Assembly: GCF_001457595.1 (NCBI RefSeq)
Contig: NZ_LN831039.1
Location: 2,940,001 to 2,972,000 of the forward strand
Direction of reading: 5' to 3'
Length of the DNA: 32,000 nucleotides
Origin: Mycolicibacterium smegmatis
Lineage (GTDB): Bacteria; Actinomycetota; Actinomycetes; Mycobacteriales; Mycobacteriaceae
The translations under genes and the position numbers were made by a program. A model generated the notes under the pieces. That model searched no databases, had not been told where the DNA came from, and saw nothing but the letters and a program-made list of their open reading frames with translations. Each line of letters opens with the position of its first letter. The stretch's first letter is position 1. Below are positions 1 to 7,665 of this stretch, one piece after another.

Positions 1-622
1 TGTCGATGTATGACTTGTTCGAGCCGTGGTGCACGCGGTGATGAGACGGCGTGTTGAACATGAATTCCCAAGCCGGCCAGAGCTTCTCGATACGTTCGGT
101 ATGGCACGGGATCGGGAAGAGCAGCCCGGCGGTGTTGAGGACGAAGATCATCCACACGGGAAATCCGAGAAGGGCCACGGGTACCCACGCAAGGCTTCGC
201 AACGTGTAGGACACCGGGTGAAACCACGGCAGTCGAAGGTTGGTCGACAGGTTGAAGAACCTGCTGGCGTGGTGCACGCTGTGCGCCGTCCACAGCAGCC
301 GCACACGGTGGTCGGCGCGATGCGCCCAGTAGTAGCAGAAGTCCGTGGCGATCAGGCAGGCCACCCAGACCCACCAGTGACGAGGAGACAGCCGCAACGG
401 GGTCAGCGACGACGCGATCACGATCGTCGAGAACGGCAGCAGGTACTGCCCGGCGAACTTGAATGCCGCGTTGAGCGCGTAGGTCGCCCAGTTGCCCGCA
501 TAGTCGCGCGCCGAGAACTTCTGCGCATATTGCGGATCCCGTCGTTCGTCGAGCCACTCGACGAACGACAGCACCACAAAGGCCGGAGCGGTCCACAGCA
601 GCATTGTCATCGTGATGTCCAT
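1..622 (-). CDS. Sterol desaturase / fatty acid hydroxylase family protein (3' end truncated by window edge)
   Basis: Reverse-strand translation MDITMTMLLWTAPAFVVLSFVEWLDERRDP... with histidine clusters (FCYYWAHRADHRVRLLWTAHSVHH; FNTPSHHRVHHG) typical of the membrane di-iron hydroxylase superfamily. The + strand ORF 26..637 is its shadow. Confidence 0.87.
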   Translation of the reverse strand, partial: MDITMTMLLWTAPAFVVLSFVEWLDERRDPQYAQKFSARDYAGNWATYALNAAFKFAGQYLLPFSTIVIASSLTPLRLSPRHWWVWVACLIATDFCYYWAHRADHRVRLLWTAHSVHHASRFFNLSTNLRLPWFHPVSYTLRSLAWVPVALLGFPVWMIFVLNTAGLLFPIPCHTERIEKLWPAWEFMFNTPSHHRVHHGSNKSYID

Positions 623-775
623 GGCAATCGACGGTAGAAATCTCGAGCCGACGAAACATCGCCCGTCGGAGCGATTTCGTGTCCCCCGCGAGAGGGATGC
701 GTCCGCGGTGCCGGGCCGCCGATGCTGTCTCAACTTCCGGCTGTGTCGGGGCTGCGGCGAGTATTCTCGCCTGGC

Positions 776-1933
776 ATGGCCACCGGCGAGCTCAGCGGCG
801 CGCGGCGGTCGTTGGCCCGTCAGTCGGTGGTGATCGCACTTCTGGCGGCCGCGGTGGACGTCGGCATCTTCGTCTCGTCCGGAATCTTCCGGGTTGCGTT
901 CGCGTCGGCTTGCGCCATGACCGTCCTCTTGGTGTTGGCCGATCTGGCGTTGGCGCTGCCTGCCCACGCGACGGCCGTTGTGGCAATCGTCCAAGTGGTC
1001 ATCAGATTGGCGGTGTGCTGGCTGCTCAGTCGGCACGGCCTCGCCGCAGGCATAGGCGACGTCGGCATACTCGTCGCCGGCTACCGCGTGGGCGCCTGGT
1101 TACCCACCCGCGTCGCACTGCTCGTGGTGCCGGTGCTGGCGGCGGGTGTGTCCGGTGCGGCGGTGATCAACGGCGCTGGACGGACCTGGCGGGAGGTTGT
1201 GCTCATCGCCGTGTCGAATGCGGTGGTGCCGTGGCTGGTGGGTCGGTACACGGCAGCAGGCCGAGCATACGTCGACCAACTCGAACGGCATCAACAGCAG
1301 CAGCAGGCAGCGCTGGAACGCGCCTTGGCCGACGAACGGGAGGCCATCGCCCGCGATCTTCACGACGTCATCTCGCATCACGTGAGCGCCGTCGGCATCC
1401 ATGCCGGGGCGGCTCGGTTGGCGCTCGGCACAGATCCAGATGCGGTCGCCCGGTCACTGGCCGCCGTCGAGTCGGCCAGCCGCTCAGCCATGATGGACCT
1501 CCGTCGCCAACTCGACCTGCTGCACGGTGCCGACAGCGCGGGGGAGCGTCAGCCCGGCCTCGCCAACGTGTCCCACCTGGTCGATACCGTCCGCCAGGCC
1601 GGGTTGTCGGTGGAGCTCGAGCTTCCCGATGCCATGCCGGCGTTGTCGCAGTCCCTCGACGTCACGGTTTACCGCATCGTGCAGGAACTGCTGACGAATG
1701 CGCTGCGTCACGGTGACGGGACGGCGCGGCTGCAGGTGCGGCGCACAATCAACGAGGTGATCATCGACGCTTCGAATCCCATTGCCGACGGGAGATTCTC
1801 GGGGGAGTCACCGGGGCGCGGCCGGGCCGGTGTGCGGCGCCGCGCGGAACTCTTCGGGGGAACAATGCGAGATGGCAGCGACGACGGAGTGCGGTGGCGC
1901 ACCGTGGTGTCGATCCCTGTTCCGCCGTCATGA
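776..1933 (+). CDS. Two-component sensor histidine kinase, NarL/DesK-type (HisKA_3 + HATPase)
   Basis: N-terminal hydrophobic segments, H-box AIARDLHDVISHHVSAVGIHAG, HATPase region VQELLTNALRHGDGTA. The ATG at 776 is in frame with the ORF given as 722..1933. Confidence 0.88.
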   Translation: MATGELSGARRSLARQSVVIALLAAAVDVGIFVSSGIFRVAFASACAMTVLLVLADLALALPAHATAVVAIVQVVIRLAVCWLLSRHGLAAGIGDVGILVAGYRVGAWLPTRVALLVVPVLAAGVSGAAVINGAGRTWREVVLIAVSNAVVPWLVGRYTAAGRAYVDQLERHQQQQQAALERALADEREAIARDLHDVISHHVSAVGIHAGAARLALGTDPDAVARSLAAVESASRSAMMDLRRQLDLLHGADSAGERQPGLANVSHLVDTVRQAGLSVELELPDAMPALSQSLDVTVYRIVQELLTNALRHGDGTARLQVRRTINEVIIDASNPIADGRFSGESPGRGRAGVRRRAELFGGTMRDGSDDGVRWRTVVSIPVPPS

Positions 1934-2598
1934 CCTCGCCGATCCGCACGCTCGTCGCCGACGACCATGCCATGTTCCGCGCGGGTCTGCGCGCGGTTCT
2001 GGACACCAGCCCGGACACCGTCTGCATCGCCGAAGTCGGCGACGGCCGAGCCACGGTCGAGGCGTGCCTGCAGCTGAGGCCCGACGTCGCGGTTCTGGAC
2101 GTCCGGATGCCCAAGCTGGACGGTGTCGCGGCCATCCGGCCGATAGTCGAGGCCGTCGACACTCGGGTTCTGATGCTCACCACCTACGACAGCGAGACCG
2201 TGTTGGCCAGTGCCCTGCAAGCCGGGGCGTCCGGTTTCCTGCTCAAGTCGTCACCACCCGAGGAACTCATCGGCGCGATCCGGATCGTCGCCCGTGGCGA
2301 CGCGGTCATCGATCCGGCGATGACGCGCCGACTGGTCAGGAGGGTCGCGGGCAATCTGGCGCCGGCGCCACTGCCAGACGAGGTGTCCACCCTGACCGCG
2401 CGCGAATTCGAGGTGCTGTTGTTGATGGCCGACGCCATGAGCAACGCCGAGATCGCCGCCGCGTTATTCGTGGGAGAAGAGACTGTCAAAACGCACGTAT
2501 CGCGCATCCTGGCCAAGCTCGGGGTGCGGGACCGGGTGCATGCAGTCGTCTACGCACATCGACATCGGCTGAACGAAAGAACAAGAGACAACGGCTGA
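1930..2598 (+). CDS. Response regulator, NarL/FixJ family (REC + LuxR HTH)
   Basis: MTSPIRTLVADDHAMFRAGLRAVLD... VAVLDVRMP; C-terminal HTH LTAREFEVLLLMADAMSNAEIAAALFVGEETVKTHVSRILAKLGVRDR. ATGA overlap with the upstream kinase. Confidence 0.92.
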   Translation: MTSPIRTLVADDHAMFRAGLRAVLDTSPDTVCIAEVGDGRATVEACLQLRPDVAVLDVRMPKLDGVAAIRPIVEAVDTRVLMLTTYDSETVLASALQAGASGFLLKSSPPEELIGAIRIVARGDAVIDPAMTRRLVRRVAGNLAPAPLPDEVSTLTAREFEVLLLMADAMSNAEIAAALFVGEETVKTHVSRILAKLGVRDRVHAVVYAHRHRLNERTRDNG

Positions 2599-2644
2599 CC
2601 GGATCGCGCAGCTCAGGCCCAACGCGAAACGTGTGGGGTCCGGT

Positions 2645-3775
2645 GTCGTCCTACGCGGACGGCAAGCTGTCCCCGTAGCGCTGATCCAGCGCGCCGTTGG
2701 ATCGCGGGGACTGGTGCAGTGGGCCGAGCCATCCACTGGCGGTGAGGCCTTCATCCCGCTGTCGCCGGGAACCGTCGATGTTCCACCGCCATCTGGTTGG
2801 AGACGGCGCGACGGTTGGGCGCGTTGCGGATTGAACACGGCAGTATCCGCTCGGGTGGTGCCGACGGCCTGGAGCAGGCGGTGTCCGACACGGTGGGCAC
2901 GCCGTACGTACGGGGCGGACTGCTCTGGGGCGATGTCGTAGTTGGTCAACGCGGCGTTGAGGATGCCGCAGGACTCCCGCATGGCGATGGTTACGCGTCG
3001 GAGTCAGAACGCGCCAGCGCATCGCGGATGCCGAGGACCGGCTGGCCACCGCCGAGGGCGAGGTGCGGGAGAAGGAGGCGCGGCTGCGGGAGGTGCAGGC
3101 CGACGCCGACGCCAAGGAGTCGGACCGCATCGCGGCCGAGAACGACCTCGCCGAGACGCAACGCGACCATGACAAGGCACGCGCGGAATTGGTTGAGACG
3201 CAGCACAAGCCGATTGGCAGCGGCAGCGGCACCGGCAAGAAGGGCGGCCACGACGGTCAGAGCTTCGCCAAGGACATGCTGTCGGGCGCGCTGGAGGCCC
3301 TGAGGTTTGACGGATCGGTGTTCTCCGACCTCAGCCAGTGGGGCATCTGGAAGTTGTTCACCGGGGGCTCGAACTACGCTGGCGGGCTGCTGAAGAACGC
3401 CTACGGTGGGCCGTCGAGGCTCAACCCGTACGGCCTCGCGGCGCTGCACTACGGCGGGTCACCAGCCGGCACCCAACACGGCCGCGGCCCGGGGTCGCCT
3501 GGTCGGGGCAATCAGGGCGACGGCGGCCTGGGTGGGTTCCAGCTGGGCGACCGCGGCGGTATGTCGAGTGTCGGCGACACCCTGACGGGTGCGCTGCCCC
3601 AGGTGTCGGACTTCTTGCCGTCACCGGCCACCAATGCGCCCAACGTGGACGCGTCCATCAACATCCACGGACCCGTTGGGTGTCGCCCAACGACCTGATG
3701 TCCCGTATCCATGCCGAACGCAACGACCGAGCTCGCACTGCGGGGTCGGGCCTCAAGGGTGTTGGGGGATTCTGA
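2645..3775 (+). pseudogene. Phage tail tape-measure protein, C-terminal part, multiply frameshifted
   Basis: Collinear pieces in alternating + frames: LVQWAEPSTGGEAFIPLS; RRLGALRIEHGSIRSGGADGLEQAVSDTVGTPYVRGG; GADCSGAMS; VNAALRMPQDSRMAMVTR; RQRIADAEDRLATAEGEVREKEARLREV...; SFAKDMLSGALEALRFDGSVFSDLSQWGIWKLFTGG...NVDASINIHGPVG, then after a frame change SPNDLMSRIHAERNDRARTAGSGLKGVGGF. The WAEP-TGGEAFIPL motif and the C-terminal coiled coil are typical of actinobacteriophage tape-measure proteins. Confidence 0.7.
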
Positions 3776-4134
3776 TGGCCAAGAAGCCGAACATCCCCTG
3801 CGCTAGTGGCTGTGGCAAGCTGCTTTGGCCCGGCCGCACCACGCTGCCGGTTGGCGTGGCCGCCTGCCGTTCCTGTTGGCGCCCAGCGAGCCGCGACACC
3901 GCCAAGGCCGCCCGCGACGCGCCGCTGCAACATTTGCGGGGTCACGGTGCTCAGCCCGGACCAGATGTGCCCCTCCACAAGGGACTGCGCCGCCTGGTGT
4001 GCCGGTGGTGCGGCAGCGAATACATCGGCTCCCGCGGCACCAAGTGCTGCAGCGATAGGTGTCGCCGACGAGGACAAGCCCACGCGATGCAGTCACGTCA
4101 ACGTTCGGTGCAGCCCACCGACGCTGGCAGGTGA
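3775..4134 (+). pseudogene. Small phage-type cysteine-rich (zinc-ribbon-like) protein, apparently frameshifted
   Basis: MAKKPNIPCASGCGKLLWPGRTTLPVGVAAC... and ...LVCRWCGSEYIGSRGTKCCSDRCRRRG are in one frame, but the expected middle CxxC block RRCNICGVTVLSPDQMCPSTRDCAAWC is in another + frame. TGATG overlap with the tape-measure remnant stop. Confidence 0.42.
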
Positions 4135-4231
4135 CCCTTTGCCGTTTGCTCGGCGTTGACTAGTCTCACCCCGGTAGGCGTGTTGTTAGAGGGGGAACGG
4201 TCGTGGGGCCGGCAACAGCCGGGCGGGGAGT

Positions 4232-5404
4232 TTGCCAACCAGGTCGGAGATAGAAGGTTGGGATACATCGGAGCTTGAGAACGCGGCTTCAACCTGGCGT
4301 GCAGCGGCCGCCCAGTCTGAGCAGGTGTTTGACCAGCACCGACAGAACATCGCTGCACCTGGCGGCACCACGTGGGAAGGCGACGCCAAGGACGCGGCGC
4401 TCAACCGTGTGACGGCCGATGTGAGCGTTGTCCGGCATCAAGGTGACGTAGTGCGGGCCGCGGCCGACATTGCCGAGAGCGGCAGCGGCGATATCCAGGC
4501 GGCGCTTTCCAAAGTCCTGGACGCCATCGCTGCGGCAGAGGCCGACGGGTTCCGGGTCGGTGAAGACCTGTCGGTAACCGACACCAAGCGAGTGGACGTG
4601 TTCTCGATGGCGGCACGCCGGACGGCCCTATCAGAGCACGCTGAGGGCATTCGCTGGGCAGCAGAGCAGCTGGTGCAGACTGACACCCTGGTGGGTAAGC
4701 GGCTGGAGGCCAAAGCGACTGAGCTGCAAGGAATTCAGTTCGATGGCGAAGGTCAGTCGGATCACGTTGTACAGGCCGTGGACTACAGCACCATGCCGGA
4801 ACGGCCGCAGTTTCCGCTGCCCGAGAAGCCGTGGGACTACAACCTGGACCTGACGACCGATCTGAAAGTCGATGGCGGCAAAAGCGCAGGCGCGGGCATC
4901 ACCATCGATGACGTGTGGAAAGAACTCCACCGATGCTTTAATTGCAATTTCCCAAGGGGAGGCGCACCCAAGGACTTCCCGAAGGTTGGCGATGAGCTGC
5001 CTCTGGAAATCAAAATGGCTGGGGCCAAGCTGGCGAATTTCCCGGTGAGGGTCACTCAAGCCGAGAAATCTGGCTCGGAGATAAACATCGAATTCGAAAC
5101 CCTCCCCGGACATGTGGACGGCCCAGGTAGCACGATCCACTTCAGGTTCTTCGAGCAGGGCGGTGAGATACACCTCGGTATCAACGCGCACGTGACCGAT
5201 CCTGGCCCCGGCACTCAGCCATTCCCAGTTGGACCGGCGTTCAGGGCCGGATATACGGGCATAGCGCATCTGACTTGGCAGCCCTACATTGATCGCTTGG
5301 CCGATAACATCCAGCAGTCTCGTGGTGTAGTGCCCAACGTGGGGCCTCCGGTGGTGCCACCAGGATTACCGCCTATTGCCGTACCGAATACAGGTGGACG
5401 ATGA
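4232..5404 (+). CDS. Large protein with N-terminal WXG100/ESX-substrate-like helical domain and distinct C-terminal domain; candidate secreted effector
   Basis: TTG start after GGGGAG; MPTRSEIEGWDTSELENAASTWRAAAAQSEQVFDQHRQNIAAPGGTTWEGDAKDAALNRV... gives a helix - TTWEG (WxG) - helix pattern; beta-rich C-terminus (HRCFNCNFPRGGAPKDFPKVGDELPLEIK...EFETLPGHVDGPGSTIHFRF...). Confidence 0.65.
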   Translation: MPTRSEIEGWDTSELENAASTWRAAAAQSEQVFDQHRQNIAAPGGTTWEGDAKDAALNRVTADVSVVRHQGDVVRAAADIAESGSGDIQAALSKVLDAIAAAEADGFRVGEDLSVTDTKRVDVFSMAARRTALSEHAEGIRWAAEQLVQTDTLVGKRLEAKATELQGIQFDGEGQSDHVVQAVDYSTMPERPQFPLPEKPWDYNLDLTTDLKVDGGKSAGAGITIDDVWKELHRCFNCNFPRGGAPKDFPKVGDELPLEIKMAGAKLANFPVRVTQAEKSGSEINIEFETLPGHVDGPGSTIHFRFFEQGGEIHLGINAHVTDPGPGTQPFPVGPAFRAGYTGIAHLTWQPYIDRLADNIQQSRGVVPNVGPPVVPPGLPPIAVPNTGGR

Positions 5405-5697
5405 AGCGAGCGTTGACAATTGCAGGTTGGCTGGTCCTCGGCATTGTGGCGGGGCTTGCCGTGTACGCGGTGCTCACGCTGATTCTGGGAGCCGCTGGCT
5501 TCTACTCGTTGGCGATGGGCACGGCGACGGTGCTGGGGTTCCTCAGTGCCGTCGTCGGCGCGGTGGTGATGTTGCGCCGACGACGGAGCCCCGACCGATA
5601 TGCGTTCTGGGTGGGGATGGTTCTGTTCCTTGGGGTTTGCTCGGTGCAGGTACTGGTTCTCAGCCCTCGCTTGGTCTGGCCGCTGAACCTCATGTAA
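5401..5697 (+). CDS. Small multi-pass membrane protein; possible partner of the upstream WXG-like protein
   Basis: ATG overlaps the upstream stop (ATGA); MKRALTIAGWLVLGIVAGLAVYAVLTLILGAAGFYSLAMG... has about 3 hydrophobic segments over 98 aa. Confidence 0.6.
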   Translation: MKRALTIAGWLVLGIVAGLAVYAVLTLILGAAGFYSLAMGTATVLGFLSAVVGAVVMLRRRRSPDRYAFWVGMVLFLGVCSVQVLVLSPRLVWPLNLM

Positions 5698-5819
5698 TGC
5701 AGGTGGGCGAGTACACCCCCACGTCGCCCATCAGACCGTCACCTCACGACCATGAGTAACCCGGGGGGTGGGGTTCAAATCTCTGCCTGATCCCTGAACA
5801 CTTTCTCTCTGCCCGGTCC

Positions 5820-5999
5820 CTGATCACTTTCGAGGAGTATGCCGACGGCAGCGACTATGAAGGCAGAACGGACCTCGGTAACACCCAGCCGGGCGACGGG
5901 ACGCGCTACAAGGGCCGCGGGCCTATCCAGGTGACCGGGCGGCACAACTACACGCAGATGAGCGAGGACCTCGGGGTTGACTTCGTGAACCATCCTTAG
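5820..5999 (+). pseudogene. Fragment of phage endolysin, glycoside hydrolase family 19-like domain
   Basis: In-frame translation LITFEEYADGSDYEGRTDLGNTQPGDGTRYKGRGPIQVTGRHNYTQMSEDLGVDFVNHP*. The RYKGRGPIQ(V/I)TGRHNY motif is characteristic. The fragment ends exactly at the IS junction. Confidence 0.72.
5995..5999. repeat. CTTAG flank, left side of IS copy A
   Basis: catcCTTAG|CCTCGATCC. Confidence 0.75.
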
Positions 6000-7660
6000 C
6001 CTCGATCCACCGATGGAAAGCCTGGATAGGCGGGTGTCGATATAAGGAAAGTGCCTTCTGAGCTGCGATGATGAGTGTTCCTTACGCACTTATCGGCACA
6101 ACTTCGAAAGGCACTTCCGGTGAAAGTGTCGCACAACTTCATGGCTGCGTCTGCAGTGTTCGATGATGAGCATCTGGTGTCGTGCGCCGGCCTGGTGCCG
6201 GTGATGACCCTGGCCAGCCAGACCGGGCTATCGGACCTGATCGCGGACAAGGTCGAAATCGTTGAACCGCGGATCAAGTCCGGCTCGGCCAATCCGTCAC
6301 CGAAGCTGACGACAGTAATCGCCGGAATGTGCGCCGGCGCCGACAGCATCGACGACCTCGACATCGTGCGCTCCGGTGGAATGAAAGCCCTCTTTGGCGG
6401 CGTGTACGCGCCCTCGACCATCGGAACACTGTTGCGGGAGTTCACCTTCGGACACGCCCGACAACTGGAAGCAGTGCTGCGTGAGCATCTGGGCGGGCTC
6501 TGCGAGCGCGTCGCGTTGCTACCCGGCGCCGATACCCAAGCGTTCGTCGACATCGATTCACTGCTGCGCCCGGTCTACGGCCACGCCAAACAAGGAGCCT
6601 CCTACGGACACACCAAGATCGCCGGCAAGCAGATCCTGCGCAAAGGCCTCTCGCCGCTGATCACCACCATCAGCACCACCACGGGTGCCCCGATGATCAC
6701 CGGAGCCCGGCTGCGGGCGGGCAAGACCAACTCCGGCAAGGGCGCAGCCCGGATGATCGCCCAAGCAGTCACCACCGCCCGCGCCGCCGGTGTCAACGGG
6801 CAGATCCTGGTGCGCGGAGACTCGGCCTACGGCAACAGCACCGTGGTGAATGCCTGCCGACGCGCCGGTGCCCACTTCTCGCTGGTGCTGACCAAGACCC
6901 GCGCCGTCGCTGCGGCCATCGAGGCCATCAGCGATAACGCCTGGACCCCGGTCAACTACCCCGGCGCAGTGCGCGACCCCGACACCGGCGCCTGGATCTC
7001 CGATGCCGAAGTCGCCGAAACCACCTACACCGCTTTCAGTTCCACCAACACCCCGGTCACCGCTCGGTTGATCGTGCGCCGGGTCAAAGACGCCCGATAC
7101 CTCGATGCGCTGTTTCCGGTGTGGCGGTATCACCCCTTCTTCACCGATTCCGACGAACCCGTCGACGCCGCTGACATCACCCACCGCCGCCACGCCATCA
7201 TCGAAACCGTGTTCGCCGACCTGATCGACGGACCGTTGGCGCATATGCCCTCCGGGCGGTTCGGCGCGAACTCGGCCTGGGTCCTGTGCGCGGCGATCGC
7301 CCACAACCTGCTGCGCGCCGCCGGGGTGCTCGCCGGCGGTGCCCATGCCCTCGCGCGCGGAGCCACACTGCGCCGCAAGATCGTCAACATCCCGGCTCGA
7401 CTGGCTCGGCCCCAACGCCGACCCATCCTGCATCTACCCTCGCATTGGCCGTGGGCCCAGCAGTGGCTCACATTGTGGCGCAACACAATCGGCTACAGCC
7501 CGCCAACTGCTGCGACCCACTGACCACCGGACCCACAGGCCCCGACCCGAACATCACAGGAAAAGCTGGGCAGACCAGCGGCTACAGGCTGCCCACGACC
7601 TGGGCGCACGACAAAAATCAGCCCCAAACAACCTCAACAGGGTCGATCCACGGATCGAGG
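6000..7660 (+). mobile_element. IS1380-family insertion sequence, copy A (1661 bp)
   Basis: Terminal inverted repeats CCTCGATCCaccg (6000) and cgGATCGAGG (ending 7660), flanked by CTTAG on both sides, with one full-length transposase. Confidence 0.85.
6075..7523 (+). CDS. IS1380-family transposase (copy A)
   Basis: 482 aa; ...VKVSHNFMAASAVFDDEHLVSCAGLVPVMTLASQTGL...GADSIDDLDIVRSGG...FTFGHARQLEA...VYGHAKQGASYGHTKIAGKQ...; alternative GTG at 6120 gives VKVSHNF. Confidence 0.88.
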   Translation: MFLTHLSAQLRKALPVKVSHNFMAASAVFDDEHLVSCAGLVPVMTLASQTGLSDLIADKVEIVEPRIKSGSANPSPKLTTVIAGMCAGADSIDDLDIVRSGGMKALFGGVYAPSTIGTLLREFTFGHARQLEAVLREHLGGLCERVALLPGADTQAFVDIDSLLRPVYGHAKQGASYGHTKIAGKQILRKGLSPLITTISTTTGAPMITGARLRAGKTNSGKGAARMIAQAVTTARAAGVNGQILVRGDSAYGNSTVVNACRRAGAHFSLVLTKTRAVAAAIEAISDNAWTPVNYPGAVRDPDTGAWISDAEVAETTYTAFSSTNTPVTARLIVRRVKDARYLDALFPVWRYHPFFTDSDEPVDAADITHRRHAIIETVFADLIDGPLAHMPSGRFGANSAWVLCAAIAHNLLRAAGVLAGGAHALARGATLRRKIVNIPARLARPQRRPILHLPSHWPWAQQWLTLWRNTIGYSPPTAATH

Positions 7661-7665
7661 CTTAG
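7661..7665. repeat. CTTAG shared between IS copies A and B
   Basis: GGATCGAGG|CTTAG|CCTGAATCC. Confidence 0.75.

Noticed and set aside
26-637. Plus-strand 203-aa ORF
   Set aside because: Antisense to a clear sterol desaturase frame and has no recognisable motifs.
722-775. Upstream extension of the histidine kinase to 722
   Set aside because: The first residues (MLSQLPAVSGLRRVFSPG) do not resemble the normal N-terminus, and ATG 776 leads straight into the membrane region.
2600-2650. gatcgcgcagctcaggc resembles the 5' part of tRNA-Val (gcgcgattagctcagcgg)
   Set aside because: Only short, interrupted similarity and from the wrong end of the tRNA for an attL remnant.
5765-5785. GGGGTTCAAATCTC looks like a tRNA T-loop and could mark an att site
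   Set aside because: The neighbouring bases do not form a convincing T-stem and no acceptor-stem match to the tRNA-Val follows; too weak to call.
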